Shown piece by piece: positions 9,346-18,994 of a stretch of 64,000 nt of DNA. The stretch is from NCBI GenBank assembly GCA_018110925.1, contig JAGAZJ010000027.1:37426-101425 (forward strand), read 5' to 3'. Every line of letters begins with the position of its first letter. Position 1 is the stretch's first letter. The position numbers and the translations under genes are program-made. Origin of the DNA: Oscillospiraceae bacterium (GTDB lineage: Bacteria; Bacillota; Clostridia; Oscillospirales; Ruminococcaceae). The notes beneath the pieces are model-generated. The model was not told the DNA's origin and searched no databases. It saw only the letters and a list, made by a program, of their open reading frames with translations.

Positions 9346-10008
9346 ATGCTTATTTACATCGTTGAAGATGATGATAATATCCGAGAGCTTGAAGCATTTG
9401 CAATGAAGAACAGCGGTTATGATACCGAATGTTTTGCAGGCTCCAAAGAGTTCTGTCAAGCGATGGCCAAGGCTGTTCCCGACCTGATCCTGCTTGACAT
9501 TATGCTGCCGGGCGATGACGGACTGACGATACTGAAAAAACTGCGTGACGATCCTGTCACCTCAAAGATACCTGTCATCATCATTTCCGCAAAGACCACC
9601 GAGCTTGACCGTGTGAAGGGTCTTGACCTCGGTGCTGACGATTATCTTTGCAAGCCCTTCGGCGTTATGGAGCTTGTCAGCAGAGTCCGTGCAAGGCTGC
9701 GGGGCAGCAGTAAGGATAACGAATACTGCTTTGCTGAGATACTGTTGTCGGACGATGCCAGAAAGGTATTTGTATCGGGAAAGCAGACAGAGCTCACATA
9801 CAAGGAATTTGAACTGCTGAAAACACTCATCCGTAGTCCCGGAAAGGCTTTCACCCGTGACTTTCTCATTGATACGATATGGGGACAGGGAAGCACAGGT
9901 CGTACACTTGATGTGCATATCCGCACCCTGAGAGGCAAGCTTGGCGAGTGCGGCAAATACGTACAGACTGTCAGAAACGTCGGCTACAAGCTGGATAAGG
10001 ACGAGTGA
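9346..10008 (+). CDS. phoP: OmpR/PhoB-family response regulator (PhoP-like)
   Basis: Receiver domain (VEDD, LLDIMLPG, KPF) plus winged helix (LTYKEFELL, RTLDVHIRTLR, TVRNVGY); upstream of a Na/Pi transporter. Confidence 0.8.
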   Translation: MLIYIVEDDDNIRELEAFAMKNSGYDTECFAGSKEFCQAMAKAVPDLILLDIMLPGDDGLTILKKLRDDPVTSKIPVIIISAKTTELDRVKGLDLGADDYLCKPFGVMELVSRVRARLRGSSKDNEYCFAEILLSDDARKVFVSGKQTELTYKEFELLKTLIRSPGKAFTRDFLIDTIWGQGSTGRTLDVHIRTLRGKLGECGKYVQTVRNVGYKLDKDE

Positions 10009-10009
10009 T

Positions 10010-11314
10010 ATGGAGAGAAAGATCAATCTGCACTTATTCTATATGGGTGTTGTAACGGCGATAGTCGGTATCCTTATCACAACGGTTTCCTATTTCAACT
10101 TCTTCCGTAAGGAGGTAACGGAAAACCTTGCTCATGAATGTCATCTGGTCGCACAGTGCTATGACAGCGGCGACCCGATCACAGAGCTTGACCGCTTCAC
10201 GGGTGAGGACTTCCGTATCACACTTATCGAAAAGGACGGCACCGTACTCTTTGAGAGTTCTGCCGATCCGCAGGAAATGCCCAATCACCTTGACCGTCCC
10301 GAGATCAGGGCTGCTATCGAAAACGGTACAGGCACAGATACACGCTTTTCCGATACCATAGGCACTGAGGATCATTACTATGCCCTGCGGCTCAACGACG
10401 GGAACATACTGAGGGTGTCCATACAGACTGATTCGATATTTGCGCTCTTTGAACGTTCCCTGGTCATCATACTTATCATCGTGCTGGGTATCGTCATCGT
10501 CTCAATGCTTGTTTCCGTGAAGCTGACAAATAATCTGATAGCGCCGTTTCGCAGGATACCTGAGCTTATCGGGACAAACTCACCGCCCGAAGAATGCGGC
10601 ATATACCCCGAGATCATCCCTTTCGTGGAGGAGATTCGAAATGCCAGAAATGCACAGAGTGAAATGCGGCAGGAGTTCACGGCAAATGTTTCTCACGAGC
10701 TGAAAACACCGCTGACATCCATTTCCGGCTATGCAGAGCTGATAGAATCGGGAATGGCGCAGGGGGCTGACAGCGTGGAGTTTGCCGGTAAAATAAAAAA
10801 AGAGTCTGACCGTATGCTGGTTCTTATCGGCGATATATTGCGGCTGTCAGAGCTTGATAGCACAGGGGGAATCCCTCTTGATGAGGATGTGGACCTGAAA
10901 GCTGTTGCCGAGGATTGCAAAGAACGGCTGTCACAGCAGGCGGAAAGCCGTGGCATCAGGATCACCGTCAGGGGAGAAAGCGCCTCTGTAAAGGGGAGCA
11001 TGACGGAGCTTTGCGAGCTGGTATACAATCTTGTGGACAATGCGATCAAGTATAACCGAGAGAACGGAAATATAGAAATAGAAACAGCCGATAAAATGCT
11101 GACCGTGACCGATACCGGCATCGGCATACCGCAGGAGAGTATCCCCCGTATATTCGAGCGATTTTACCGCATCGACAAGAGCCGCAGCCGTGCAAAGGGC
11201 GGCACAGGGCTTGGACTTTCGATTGTCAAGCATATCGCAGAGCATCACGGGGCTAAGATAGATGTTAAAAGCACAGTGGGTGTCGGAACAAGCATCTCTG
11301 TCAGATTTCAGTAA
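10010..11314 (+). CDS. phoR: PhoR-like sensor histidine kinase
   Basis: Two TM helices, NHLDRPEI sensor motif, H-box EFTANVSHELKTPLTSI, NLVDNAIKY, DTGIGI, ERFYR, GTGLGLSIVKH. Start at ATG 10010. Confidence 0.82.
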   Translation: MERKINLHLFYMGVVTAIVGILITTVSYFNFFRKEVTENLAHECHLVAQCYDSGDPITELDRFTGEDFRITLIEKDGTVLFESSADPQEMPNHLDRPEIRAAIENGTGTDTRFSDTIGTEDHYYALRLNDGNILRVSIQTDSIFALFERSLVIILIIVLGIVIVSMLVSVKLTNNLIAPFRRIPELIGTNSPPEECGIYPEIIPFVEEIRNARNAQSEMRQEFTANVSHELKTPLTSISGYAELIESGMAQGADSVEFAGKIKKESDRMLVLIGDILRLSELDSTGGIPLDEDVDLKAVAEDCKERLSQQAESRGIRITVRGESASVKGSMTELCELVYNLVDNAIKYNRENGNIEIETADKMLTVTDTGIGIPQESIPRIFERFYRIDKSRSRAKGGTGLGLSIVKHIAEHHGAKIDVKSTVGVGTSISVRFQ

Positions 11315-11341
11315 TTTCAGAACAAAGGAAAGAGTATAAAA

Positions 11342-12319
11342 ATGGAACTGGTTTTAAATATACTGCTGCTTGCAGTTGGTTTTCTCGCTCTTATAAAAGG
11401 TGCAGACTTCTTTGTGGACGGAAGCTCTGCACTTGCAAAGAATTTCAAAGTCCCCGGCGTTATTATCGGACTGACGATCGTTGCAATGGGAACAAGTGCG
11501 CCTGAGCTTGCCGTCAGTACCTCGGCAGCGATCAAGGGAGCAAACGAGATCGCCCTGAGCAACGTGACAGGCTCTAATATTTTCAATCTCCTGGGCGTGC
11601 TCGGCATTTGTGCTATGATACACCCGCTTCCCATCGAACCTGTTATCATGAAGCGTGACTTTCCTCTTTCCATCGGAATATCCTTGCTGACACTTGGTGC
11701 AGTCGGACTTCCATTCGTGCTGAAAGGGAATATCACCTCTGCTGTCATGAGCGATAATGTAGGCGAAGTGAGCAGGATATTCAGCATTATTCTGCTGATT
11801 CTTTTTGTAAGCTATATTGCAATGCTGATACATTCTGCAAGAAAATCACCGCAGCAGGAAGAAAACAGCGAACTGAAACCTCTCTGGAAATGTGCCCTGC
11901 TGATTCTGGTCGGACTTGTATGTATTATCGCAGGCGGACAGTTCGTTGTAAACAGCGCAAAAGCCATTGCAGCAACATTCGGAATGTCGGAAACGCTCAT
12001 AGGTCTTACGATAGTAGCGATAGGCACGTCGCTCCCGGAGCTTGTGACCTCGGTCGTCGCATCACGAAAGGGCGAGAACGGTCTTGCTGTGGGGAATGTG
12101 GTGGGCTCAAATATATTCAATATCCTGTTTATACTCGGCGTTTCGGGAACGATACACCCCATCACCGTTAATCTCGCATCGGTGACAGACCTTGCGGTGC
12201 TTGTTGTGGTCAGCGTTATAACTATGATCTTTGCAAGGACAAAAAATATCGGCAGGATAGAGGGACTTATCATGGTAATGATCTACGCCGCTGATGTGGT
12301 ATTCGCAGTATTGCGATAA
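11342..12319 (+). CDS. Calcium/sodium antiporter (YrbG-like, CaCA family)
   Basis: Two alpha repeats, GTSAPE...SNVTGSNIFN and GTSLPE...GNVVGSNIFN; highly hydrophobic. Confidence 0.92.
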   Translation: MELVLNILLLAVGFLALIKGADFFVDGSSALAKNFKVPGVIIGLTIVAMGTSAPELAVSTSAAIKGANEIALSNVTGSNIFNLLGVLGICAMIHPLPIEPVIMKRDFPLSIGISLLTLGAVGLPFVLKGNITSAVMSDNVGEVSRIFSIILLILFVSYIAMLIHSARKSPQQEENSELKPLWKCALLILVGLVCIIAGGQFVVNSAKAIAATFGMSETLIGLTIVAIGTSLPELVTSVVASRKGENGLAVGNVVGSNIFNILFILGVSGTIHPITVNLASVTDLAVLVVVSVITMIFARTKNIGRIEGLIMVMIYAADVVFAVLR

Positions 12320-12335
12320 TTTCGGGGAGAAAAAT

Positions 12336-14087
12336 ATGAACATCTTTTCAATATGCACCTTATGCGGAGGACTTGCCTTCTTCCTGTTCGGTATGCACGT
12401 TATGTCACAGAGCTTGGAGAAGATCGCAGGCGGCAAGCTGGAAGCAACTCTCAAAAAAATGACATCCAATCCGTTCAAGAGCCTTGCCCTCGGTGCAGGC
12501 ATCACCATTGCTGTTCAGTCCTCGTCAGCTATGACGGTCATGCTCGTCGGACTTGTCAATTCGGGAATTATGCAGCTTGAACAGACCGTCGGCGTTATCA
12601 TGGGCTCAAACATCGGCACAACGCTGACGGCGTGGCTGCTCAGTACCGCAGGAATTAAGAGCGATAACGTGCTGATCTCAATGCTAAAACCCGAAAACTT
12701 TGCGCCCATCGTTGCTCTTATCGGCATCATCATGATAATGATGAGCAAAAAGAAGAAGCGTCAGGACATCGGCACGATCATGGTGGGCTTTGCGGTGCTG
12801 ATGTTCGGAATGGAGCTGATGAAAAACGCTGTATCTCCCCTTGCAGAAATGGAAGGCTTCAGCAAACTTCTTGTGGCTTTCAGAAACCCGCTCCTCAGCG
12901 TTCTGATCGGTGCGGTGTTTACAGGTGTGATACAATCCTCGGCGGCATCTGTGGGCATCTTACAGGCGCTTTCCCTGACAGGCACGATCTCATACAGAAT
13001 GGCTATACCCATCATCATGGGACAGAATATCGGTACCTGCGTGACAGCATTGCTGTCCTCCATCGGTGTCAACAAGAACGCAAAGCGTGTTACCGTGGTG
13101 CATATGCTTTTCAACATAATCGGTACGATAATATGTCTTACAGTGTTCTATGGAATAGATGCGCTCATCCATTTCAGCTTTGTGGACAAGCCCATCGGTG
13201 CGGTGGAGATAGCGGCCGTCCATTCCATTTTCAATATAATCACTACGCTGATACTCCTGCCGTTCTCATCTCAGCTTGTAAAGCTGGCAAAAAGGATCAT
13301 ACCCGATTCCAAGGAAGCCGAGGTCTCTGTCATGCTTGACAAGCGCCTTATCGCAACGCCTCCCCTTGCGGTCTCGCAGTGTAGGGAAAAAACCGTGGAC
13401 ATGGCGCAGGGAGCAAAGGAAGGACTGCATGAAGCTCTCAGGGCTATGTTTGATTATTCTGACAGGGCGGTGCTGAACGTGGAGGAAAAGGAACAGCTTC
13501 TTGATGAAATGGAAGATCAGCTCTCGACCTTTCTGCTGGAATTATCTGCTGTCAGCCTGACAGACGAGGACAGCCATACCGTAACCGAGCTTCTGCACAC
13601 GATCAGCGACTTTGAGCGTATCAGCGACCACGCTATCAATATGATAGAGATAGCTCAGGAAATGGAGCGCAACAGTCAGAGCTTTTCAGACAGCGCAAAG
13701 GCAGATTTCTCGACGCTCTTTGCTGCTCTGACGGAGATATCAGGGCTGACGGTACAGGCATTTACGGACAATGATACTGCCCTTGCCATGAATGTTGAGC
13801 CGTTGGAGGAGGTCATTGACGATCTTACAAAAACCATCAGAGATAAGCATATCGAAAGACTTCGCACAGGCGAATGCAGCCCCGAGCTCGGCGTGTACCT
13901 GTCCGACCTTTTGATAAACTGTGAGAGGGTGTCCGACCACTGCTCAAATATAGCGATATCTATCATCCAGATCCCTAAGGCAAGCATGAGGAGCCATGTG
14001 TATCTGAATGAACTGAAGGCACAGCGTTCAGAGCAGTTCATAGGTGCTTACAACGCCTATCATGAGAAATACAGGCTGTCCGCTTGA
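12336..14087 (+). CDS. Na+/phosphate cotransporter with C-terminal PhoU-like domains
   Basis: QSSS and QSSA repeats, GSNIGTT and GQNIGT motifs, C-terminal DFERISDHA and CERVSDHC PhoU-like motifs. Confidence 0.92.
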   Translation: MNIFSICTLCGGLAFFLFGMHVMSQSLEKIAGGKLEATLKKMTSNPFKSLALGAGITIAVQSSSAMTVMLVGLVNSGIMQLEQTVGVIMGSNIGTTLTAWLLSTAGIKSDNVLISMLKPENFAPIVALIGIIMIMMSKKKKRQDIGTIMVGFAVLMFGMELMKNAVSPLAEMEGFSKLLVAFRNPLLSVLIGAVFTGVIQSSAASVGILQALSLTGTISYRMAIPIIMGQNIGTCVTALLSSIGVNKNAKRVTVVHMLFNIIGTIICLTVFYGIDALIHFSFVDKPIGAVEIAAVHSIFNIITTLILLPFSSQLVKLAKRIIPDSKEAEVSVMLDKRLIATPPLAVSQCREKTVDMAQGAKEGLHEALRAMFDYSDRAVLNVEEKEQLLDEMEDQLSTFLLELSAVSLTDEDSHTVTELLHTISDFERISDHAINMIEIAQEMERNSQSFSDSAKADFSTLFAALTEISGLTVQAFTDNDTALAMNVEPLEEVIDDLTKTIRDKHIERLRTGECSPELGVYLSDLLINCERVSDHCSNIAISIIQIPKASMRSHVYLNELKAQRSEQFIGAYNAYHEKYRLSA

Positions 14088-14116
14088 TAAGATCCCTACA
14101 ATACGAAGATGAAAGC

Positions 14117-14155
14117 GAAAAAAGGCGTGCGTCCATCACGGGCACACGCCTCATT
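14117..14155. terminator. Probable terminator between convergent genes
   Basis: A-tract followed by an AGGCGTG...CACGCCT stem-loop. Confidence 0.55.
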
Positions 14156-14171
14156 GTCGTATACTGTCGTA

Positions 14172-17100
14172 TCATTCTCTGTTTTTGAGCACTTCGGCGG
14201 GTGTGATCCTCTTTATCTTGAATACCAGTATCTCGTTTATCACCAGATATATGACTATCATCATCACATACAGCAGTGCCAGCATCGGCAGAGGGAATGT
14301 CAGATCCATAGTGCAGGCCACATTCGATATGAACGAGGGATATATGGCGTCTATGACCATCTTAGCCAGCGGCATACACACCAGTCCGCCCAGTGCCACC
14401 ACCAGCAGATTGCCGTTCAGGTAAAGAGAACGCACCTCTCTGTCACGGAAGCCGAATATCTTTATCAGCGATATCCCGTATGCGGAGCGGTCTATCATGA
14501 CGCCCATCATGAGATACATCACCACGCAGAATATTACCGTGCCTGCGACGATGAGCGTGATTATCAAGGACTGCATCTTGTCTATGAATACCCCTGCCGC
14601 TCTCTCGATATCCGCTCTCGTGGTCACGCTGTAAAGCCTGCCCTCATCTATGTCGAGAGCCTTGTCGGAGTATACCGCATTGTAGTAGTCCTTATCCTCA
14701 CCGAACAGATCGCACATACTCTCCCTGTCCATAAATACCGTGAAACCGGGGGCGTACTGACATATCCCCGATACCGTGAAGGTGTATCCCCTGCCTGTGG
14801 CGTCATCGGAGAATGTCACTCTGTCGCCTGTCCTGTAACCGAGCCTTTCTGCAATGGAGTTGTTTATCACAGCCTTGTTTATGCTCTTTTCGGGGCGGGC
14901 GTCAAAGAATTTGCTCTCTCCGTCGATGCCTATCACGTTGACACTGAGGTTATAGCCTGTCTCATAGGTGGTAAGGTCTGCCACATACGCCTTTTCGCCG
15001 CCCTCGGGGGCTTCATCCGTGGGATACTTGTACATATACATATACTCGTATCTCGTGTCGGCGGTGTTCTTTCTGCTGACATTGGTACACATGGTAAATG
15101 TGTTCATACCCAGCATAACTATCAGCATTGAGAAGAATATACCCAGCAGTATGGTGATGGCAGAGCGCATCTCACGCACCAGCTGGCGCACTGCAAACAT
15201 CGTCCTGAACGAGCGTGTCTTAACGGTGAACTGCTTGTACACCGACTCGGACTGCTCGTTTTTCATAAGCGACAGCGCCGTTCGTGACAGCTTTTTCTTT
15301 ATCACTATCGCATTCACCGCCGCACTTATCACTGGCGGCAGAACGAATGCATACACTATCATGTACACGGGATAGACCATATCAAACTGCGGCAGTGAAA
15401 AATAATCATATGTGTCGCCCATCTGATCTCTCACGCCCATGGGGGTAAGTGATGCGAGAAATCCCAGCGCACCGCCCGCAAAGGCAAGTATGGTCGGCAG
15501 TGTTATGTAGTGCCTGAGCAGGTCTGATGGCTTTACTCCCAGAGCATAGAGAGAACCGATGACGCTCGATTCACGCTCTATCTGATGCACCACAAAGACC
15601 GATATGACATATGAGAACAGTATCAGCATTATGATGCCCGCAACTATGCCGGCGGTCTTGTCAAGCACCACATCGCCCGCTGCGGCGGCTATCCTGATAT
15701 TGTCCGCACGCTTGATGAATGATGTGAGATTGTCTATGTCTATCTCAAATACCCTGTCAAGAAGCTCGTCCATATCCTTTTTGAGTGTGTCGGCATTTTC
15801 CCTGAACTCCTCTGTTCCGTCCTTCAGCTCCGATGTGCCGTCTCTGAGCTCCTTTGCGCCGTCCGCAAGCTCCTTTGCCCCGTCGGACAGTTCATTCGTG
15901 CCCTTTCTCAGGTTCATCGCACCGCTTTTGAGCTTGCCCGTTCCGTTTTTAAGTTCATCCGCACCGCCCGCAAGCTCTCTTGCTCCGCCTGCCGCACTGC
16001 TGACGCCCTGTGTATATTCATCTATGCCGTTCTTGAATTCGATAAGGCCGTCAAGGCTCTTTCTCAGCTCGGTTATCTCCGACTGACCCGATACAGCCGC
16101 AAGCCCGTCGAGCACAGTGCCGTAGTTCTCTCTGGTAAGGGGTACTTTCAGCCCGTATGCCGCAAGCGACTCCTGCACGGTGGCAAGATATGAGTCTATG
16201 AGCTGATCTGCTCCGCCCGAGAGCTGTGCGCCGTAGCCGTCCAGCTTGTCCATGCCGTCAGACAGCTCCTTTGCGCCGTCTGACAATTTCTTAGCACCCG
16301 TATCCAGTTTGCCTGCACCGTCATCAAGCTCCCTGACACCGTCCCTGAGTTCGCCCGTACCATCATAGAGTTCATCCGCTCCTTCGGAAAGCTCGTCTGC
16401 GCCGTCGTCCAGTTCCTTTGCACCGTCATCCAGTTCAACAGTCGCATCGCACAGCTTGTCAACGCTGTCCTCTATCGTCTTTCTGTCATCGAGTATCTCG
16501 TCGATGGTCTCCCTGAAATACTTATCCGTCACCTTTGCTGCGTCAAAGTCAAGATTTATAATCCTGTCCTTTACCTCGTCATCGGTGACACTGCCACCCA
16601 GACGGTATGCGTAGGTGTAATCCTCCGCCTTCTGTGTGCCGCTGTCCCTTATGGCATCATACTGGTCATCGCTCACAAATATGAGGCCGAATATCTCGCT
16701 CTGCACCGCAGTATCGGCGAAGTTTGCCAGCATATTGTCATAGTCGGGAGAAGTGCCTATACCCGTGATGACAAAGTCATATCCGCCTGCCTTGACGGTA
16801 TCACCCACGGATATTGAATTCTCCTCGGAAAAGCGCTTCTCTATAACGGCTTCGCCGCTCCTTTCGGCAAGCCTGCCCTCATCGAGCTGTATCAGGTCTA
16901 TGCTCTGCCTGTTTCTGAACATTCTGACCTTTCTGCCATTATCCATATCCAGATCAAAGCTGAACATACTCTCGACCGTCACACCGCCGTCCGAAACTAT
17001 ATCCAGCTCCTCATCCGACAGCGGCAGGAATACGGAGAACTGACCGTCCTCCACCATGTTTACTGCGATCTGTCTCTCTGTGCCGATTATGATCACGTCT

Positions 17101-17222
17101 GACGACACCACTATGCTCAGCACAAGGAATATACCCATTACTATGAGCAGTACCAGCGCCGCATAGCGTCCGAGGTTCGCACGCAGGTCACGCAAAAGTC
17201 TTTTTCTAAGCACCCTGTTCAT
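14172..17222 (-). CDS. FtsX-like ABC transporter permease with X-X-X-L-X-X-G heptad repeats
   Basis: Two FtsX-like permease regions (IGSLYALG; ISLIKIFGF) and a long ELDDGAK/ELSDGA heptad array in the extracellular loop. Confidence 0.88.
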   Translation of the reverse strand: MNRVLRKRLLRDLRANLGRYAALVLLIVMGIFLVLSIVVSSDVIIIGTERQIAVNMVEDGQFSVFLPLSDEELDIVSDGGVTVESMFSFDLDMDNGRKVRMFRNRQSIDLIQLDEGRLAERSGEAVIEKRFSEENSISVGDTVKAGGYDFVITGIGTSPDYDNMLANFADTAVQSEIFGLIFVSDDQYDAIRDSGTQKAEDYTYAYRLGGSVTDDEVKDRIINLDFDAAKVTDKYFRETIDEILDDRKTIEDSVDKLCDATVELDDGAKELDDGADELSEGADELYDGTGELRDGVRELDDGAGKLDTGAKKLSDGAKELSDGMDKLDGYGAQLSGGADQLIDSYLATVQESLAAYGLKVPLTRENYGTVLDGLAAVSGQSEITELRKSLDGLIEFKNGIDEYTQGVSSAAGGARELAGGADELKNGTGKLKSGAMNLRKGTNELSDGAKELADGAKELRDGTSELKDGTEEFRENADTLKKDMDELLDRVFEIDIDNLTSFIKRADNIRIAAAAGDVVLDKTAGIVAGIIMLILFSYVISVFVVHQIERESSVIGSLYALGVKPSDLLRHYITLPTILAFAGGALGFLASLTPMGVRDQMGDTYDYFSLPQFDMVYPVYMIVYAFVLPPVISAAVNAIVIKKKLSRTALSLMKNEQSESVYKQFTVKTRSFRTMFAVRQLVREMRSAITILLGIFFSMLIVMLGMNTFTMCTNVSRKNTADTRYEYMYMYKYPTDEAPEGGEKAYVADLTTYETGYNLSVNVIGIDGESKFFDARPEKSINKAVINNSIAERLGYRTGDRVTFSDDATGRGYTFTVSGICQYAPGFTVFMDRESMCDLFGEDKDYYNAVYSDKALDIDEGRLYSVTTRADIERAAGVFIDKMQSLIITLIVAGTVIFCVVMYLMMGVMIDRSAYGISLIKIFGFRDREVRSLYLNGNLLVVALGGLVCMPLAKMVIDAIYPSFISNVACTMDLTFPLPMLALLYVMMIVIYLVINEILVFKIKRITPAEVLKNRE
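15780..16460 (-). repeat. Coding heptad repeats (ELxDGAx) forming a coiled-coil stalk
   Basis: ELDDGAK ELDDGAD ELSEGAD ELYDGTG ELRDGVR... and ELAGGAD ELKNGTG... in the permease; boundaries approximate. Confidence 0.8.
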
Positions 17223-17923
17223 CAGAGATCCTCCAGTTCTGCGGCGGGTATCCTCGTCTCGTTGAGATAATCCTTTTTGATAAGACCGTCCTTGACTATC
17301 AGCACCTTATGCACCATATTCTTTATGGAGTTGTTGTGCGTCACTATCAGCATAGTCGTGCCATATTTTGCGTTTATCTGTTCAAGCAGCACCAGTATAT
17401 CCCTTGATGTCTTTGAGTCCAGCGCACCTGTCGGCTCATCACACAAAAGCAGTTTGGGATTTTTGATAAGCGCCCTTGCTATCGCACATCTCTGCTGCTG
17501 ACCGCCCGAGAGCTGTGATGGGAACTTGTTCTGATGCTCGGTGAGCCCCAGTGTCTCCAGCAGTTCGTCCATATCAAGAGGATCCTTCGCCAGATACTCG
17601 CAGACCTGTATATTCTCCCTCACCGTGAGATTGGGAACGAGATTATAGAACTGGAATATGAACCCCAGATAGTCACGCCTGTAATCCGACAGCTCGGAGG
17701 GTCTGAGACCGAATATCTCCTTGCCGTCAACCTTTACGGAGCCCGAATCCATAGTGTCAAGGCCACCGATGCAGTTTAACAGGGTAGATTTGCCCGAACC
17801 GGATGTGCCCTGTATGACACACATCTGTCCCCTTTCCACCGAGGTGCTGACGCCTTTCAGCACCTGTATAAAGCTCGTGTCCCTGCCGTAGCTTTTCTTC
17901 ACATCTTTTATCTCAAGATACAT
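17222..17923 (-). CDS. ABC transporter ATP-binding protein (LolD/MacB-like)
   Basis: GTSGSGKS, FIFQFYNL, LSGGQQQR, LCDEPTGALD. Start MYLEIK after AAGGA; the stop overlaps the permease start (TGATG). Confidence 0.92.
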   Translation of the reverse strand: MYLEIKDVKKSYGRDTSFIQVLKGVSTSVERGQMCVIQGTSGSGKSTLLNCIGGLDTMDSGSVKVDGKEIFGLRPSELSDYRRDYLGFIFQFYNLVPNLTVRENIQVCEYLAKDPLDMDELLETLGLTEHQNKFPSQLSGGQQQRCAIARALIKNPKLLLCDEPTGALDSKTSRDILVLLEQINAKYGTTMLIVTHNNSIKNMVHKVLIVKDGLIKKDYLNETRIPAAELEDL

Positions 17924-17953
17924 CTTAAAGTTCCTTTCCATATCCGCAAAGAG

Positions 17954-18568
17954 CTATTCGTCCCTGTCCTCGATGACATATCCGACCCATACCGTGATCA
18001 TCATATCAATAACAGGCTTTATCTTTTCGACCGCCTTTTCCCTGTCGGTTTCGTGGTTGAGAAGATGCTCGAACGCATCGACCTGCATATGCGTGATGTA
18101 ATGGAGCATATACTCGTTGACCCTTTTGCCGGTCACTTCCGCATACTTTTTGGCAAGGGCGGAATACTGCGTTTCCAGCATTTCTATGATAGTGTCTATC
18201 ACATTCTCATATCTTGAACCGTGCGCCTTGTCAAAAAGAAGCATCATCACATCATAGTTGTCGTAGAGGTAGTTCACTATCATCTCTGCCAGTGGGTCAT
18301 GGTCGCCTTTCACATGAACATATGTTGCCGGGTCTTCATCGGCCTCTTCCGCAAAATGCTTTTTTAGCAGCTGCATGAAACCGCTCAGCGCCTCGTCCAC
18401 TACCGCTCCGAAAAGACCGTTCTTGTCCTTGAAGAAGAAGTAGACTGCACCCGTGGTGAGCCCCGCATCTGAGGCGATCTTTCTCAGAGATGCCTTGTCA
18501 AAGCCCTTTTCCGTGAATTCCCGCCTTGCGCACTGTATCAGTTTTTCTCTGCTTTCATTGTCACTCAT
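17954..18568 (-). CDS. TetR/AcrR-family transcriptional regulator
   Basis: N-terminal HTH: FTEKGFDKASLRKIASDAGLTTGAVYFFFKDKNGLF. Confidence 0.93.
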   Translation of the reverse strand: MSDNESREKLIQCARREFTEKGFDKASLRKIASDAGLTTGAVYFFFKDKNGLFGAVVDEALSGFMQLLKKHFAEEADEDPATYVHVKGDHDPLAEMIVNYLYDNYDVMMLLFDKAHGSRYENVIDTIIEMLETQYSALAKKYAEVTGKRVNEYMLHYITHMQVDAFEHLLNHETDREKAVEKIKPVIDMMITVWVGYVIEDRDE

Positions 18569-18580
18569 ATCATACCTCCG

Positions 18581-18612
18581 AAGATAACACTGTTACGTAA
18601 CAATGTTATCTT
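18581..18612. promoter_or_regulatory. 32-bp near-perfect palindrome, probable TetR operator
   Basis: AAGATAACACTGTTACGTAACAATGTTATCTT, one mismatched pair, lying between the promoter (TTGACA at 18630-18635, minus strand) and the tetR RBS. Confidence 0.75.
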
Positions 18613-18823
18613 ATCACACGGTCTCTCATTTGTCAAGAGCTTTTCCGGAATTTGTATGCATGAACAAATATTCATATATTATGCAGGTGAATATCCTTGC
18701 ATACTGCCAACATACATTTTCACCTTTATCCTCATCTGATGGCACGGTCATACCGCATATCGGACGCAGTTCACGCCGCCCCGAAAGAGGCTCTGAATTT
18801 TTCACAAAAAATTTCTGCCGCAA

Positions 18824-18931
18824 TTGTACTTTTTCACCGGTGATTCGGTTAAAGAGTCAGAAAGCCGAAAAGAACAGCAACAGAAAAAAACAAAAAAAGA
18901 TTTGTACTTTTCCGAAAGTTCTTCGGTTAAA
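18824..18931 (+). promoter_or_regulatory. Two tandem alternative-sigma-like promoters, TTGTACTTTT-N10-TTCGGTTAAA
   Basis: Identical bipartite motif at 18824/18844 and 18902/18922 (same 20-bp offset, 78 bp apart) with different spacers. Confidence 0.55.
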
Positions 18932-18994
18932 AAGACAAAGGGAAAAACCCGAAAATAAAAAAACATCACAAAGGATGTTCAGGAGGAATTCATT

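Noticed and set aside
14109-15131. 340-aa plus-strand ORF
   Set aside because: Lies antisense to the ABC permease; His/Tyr/Val-rich composition typical of shadow frames.
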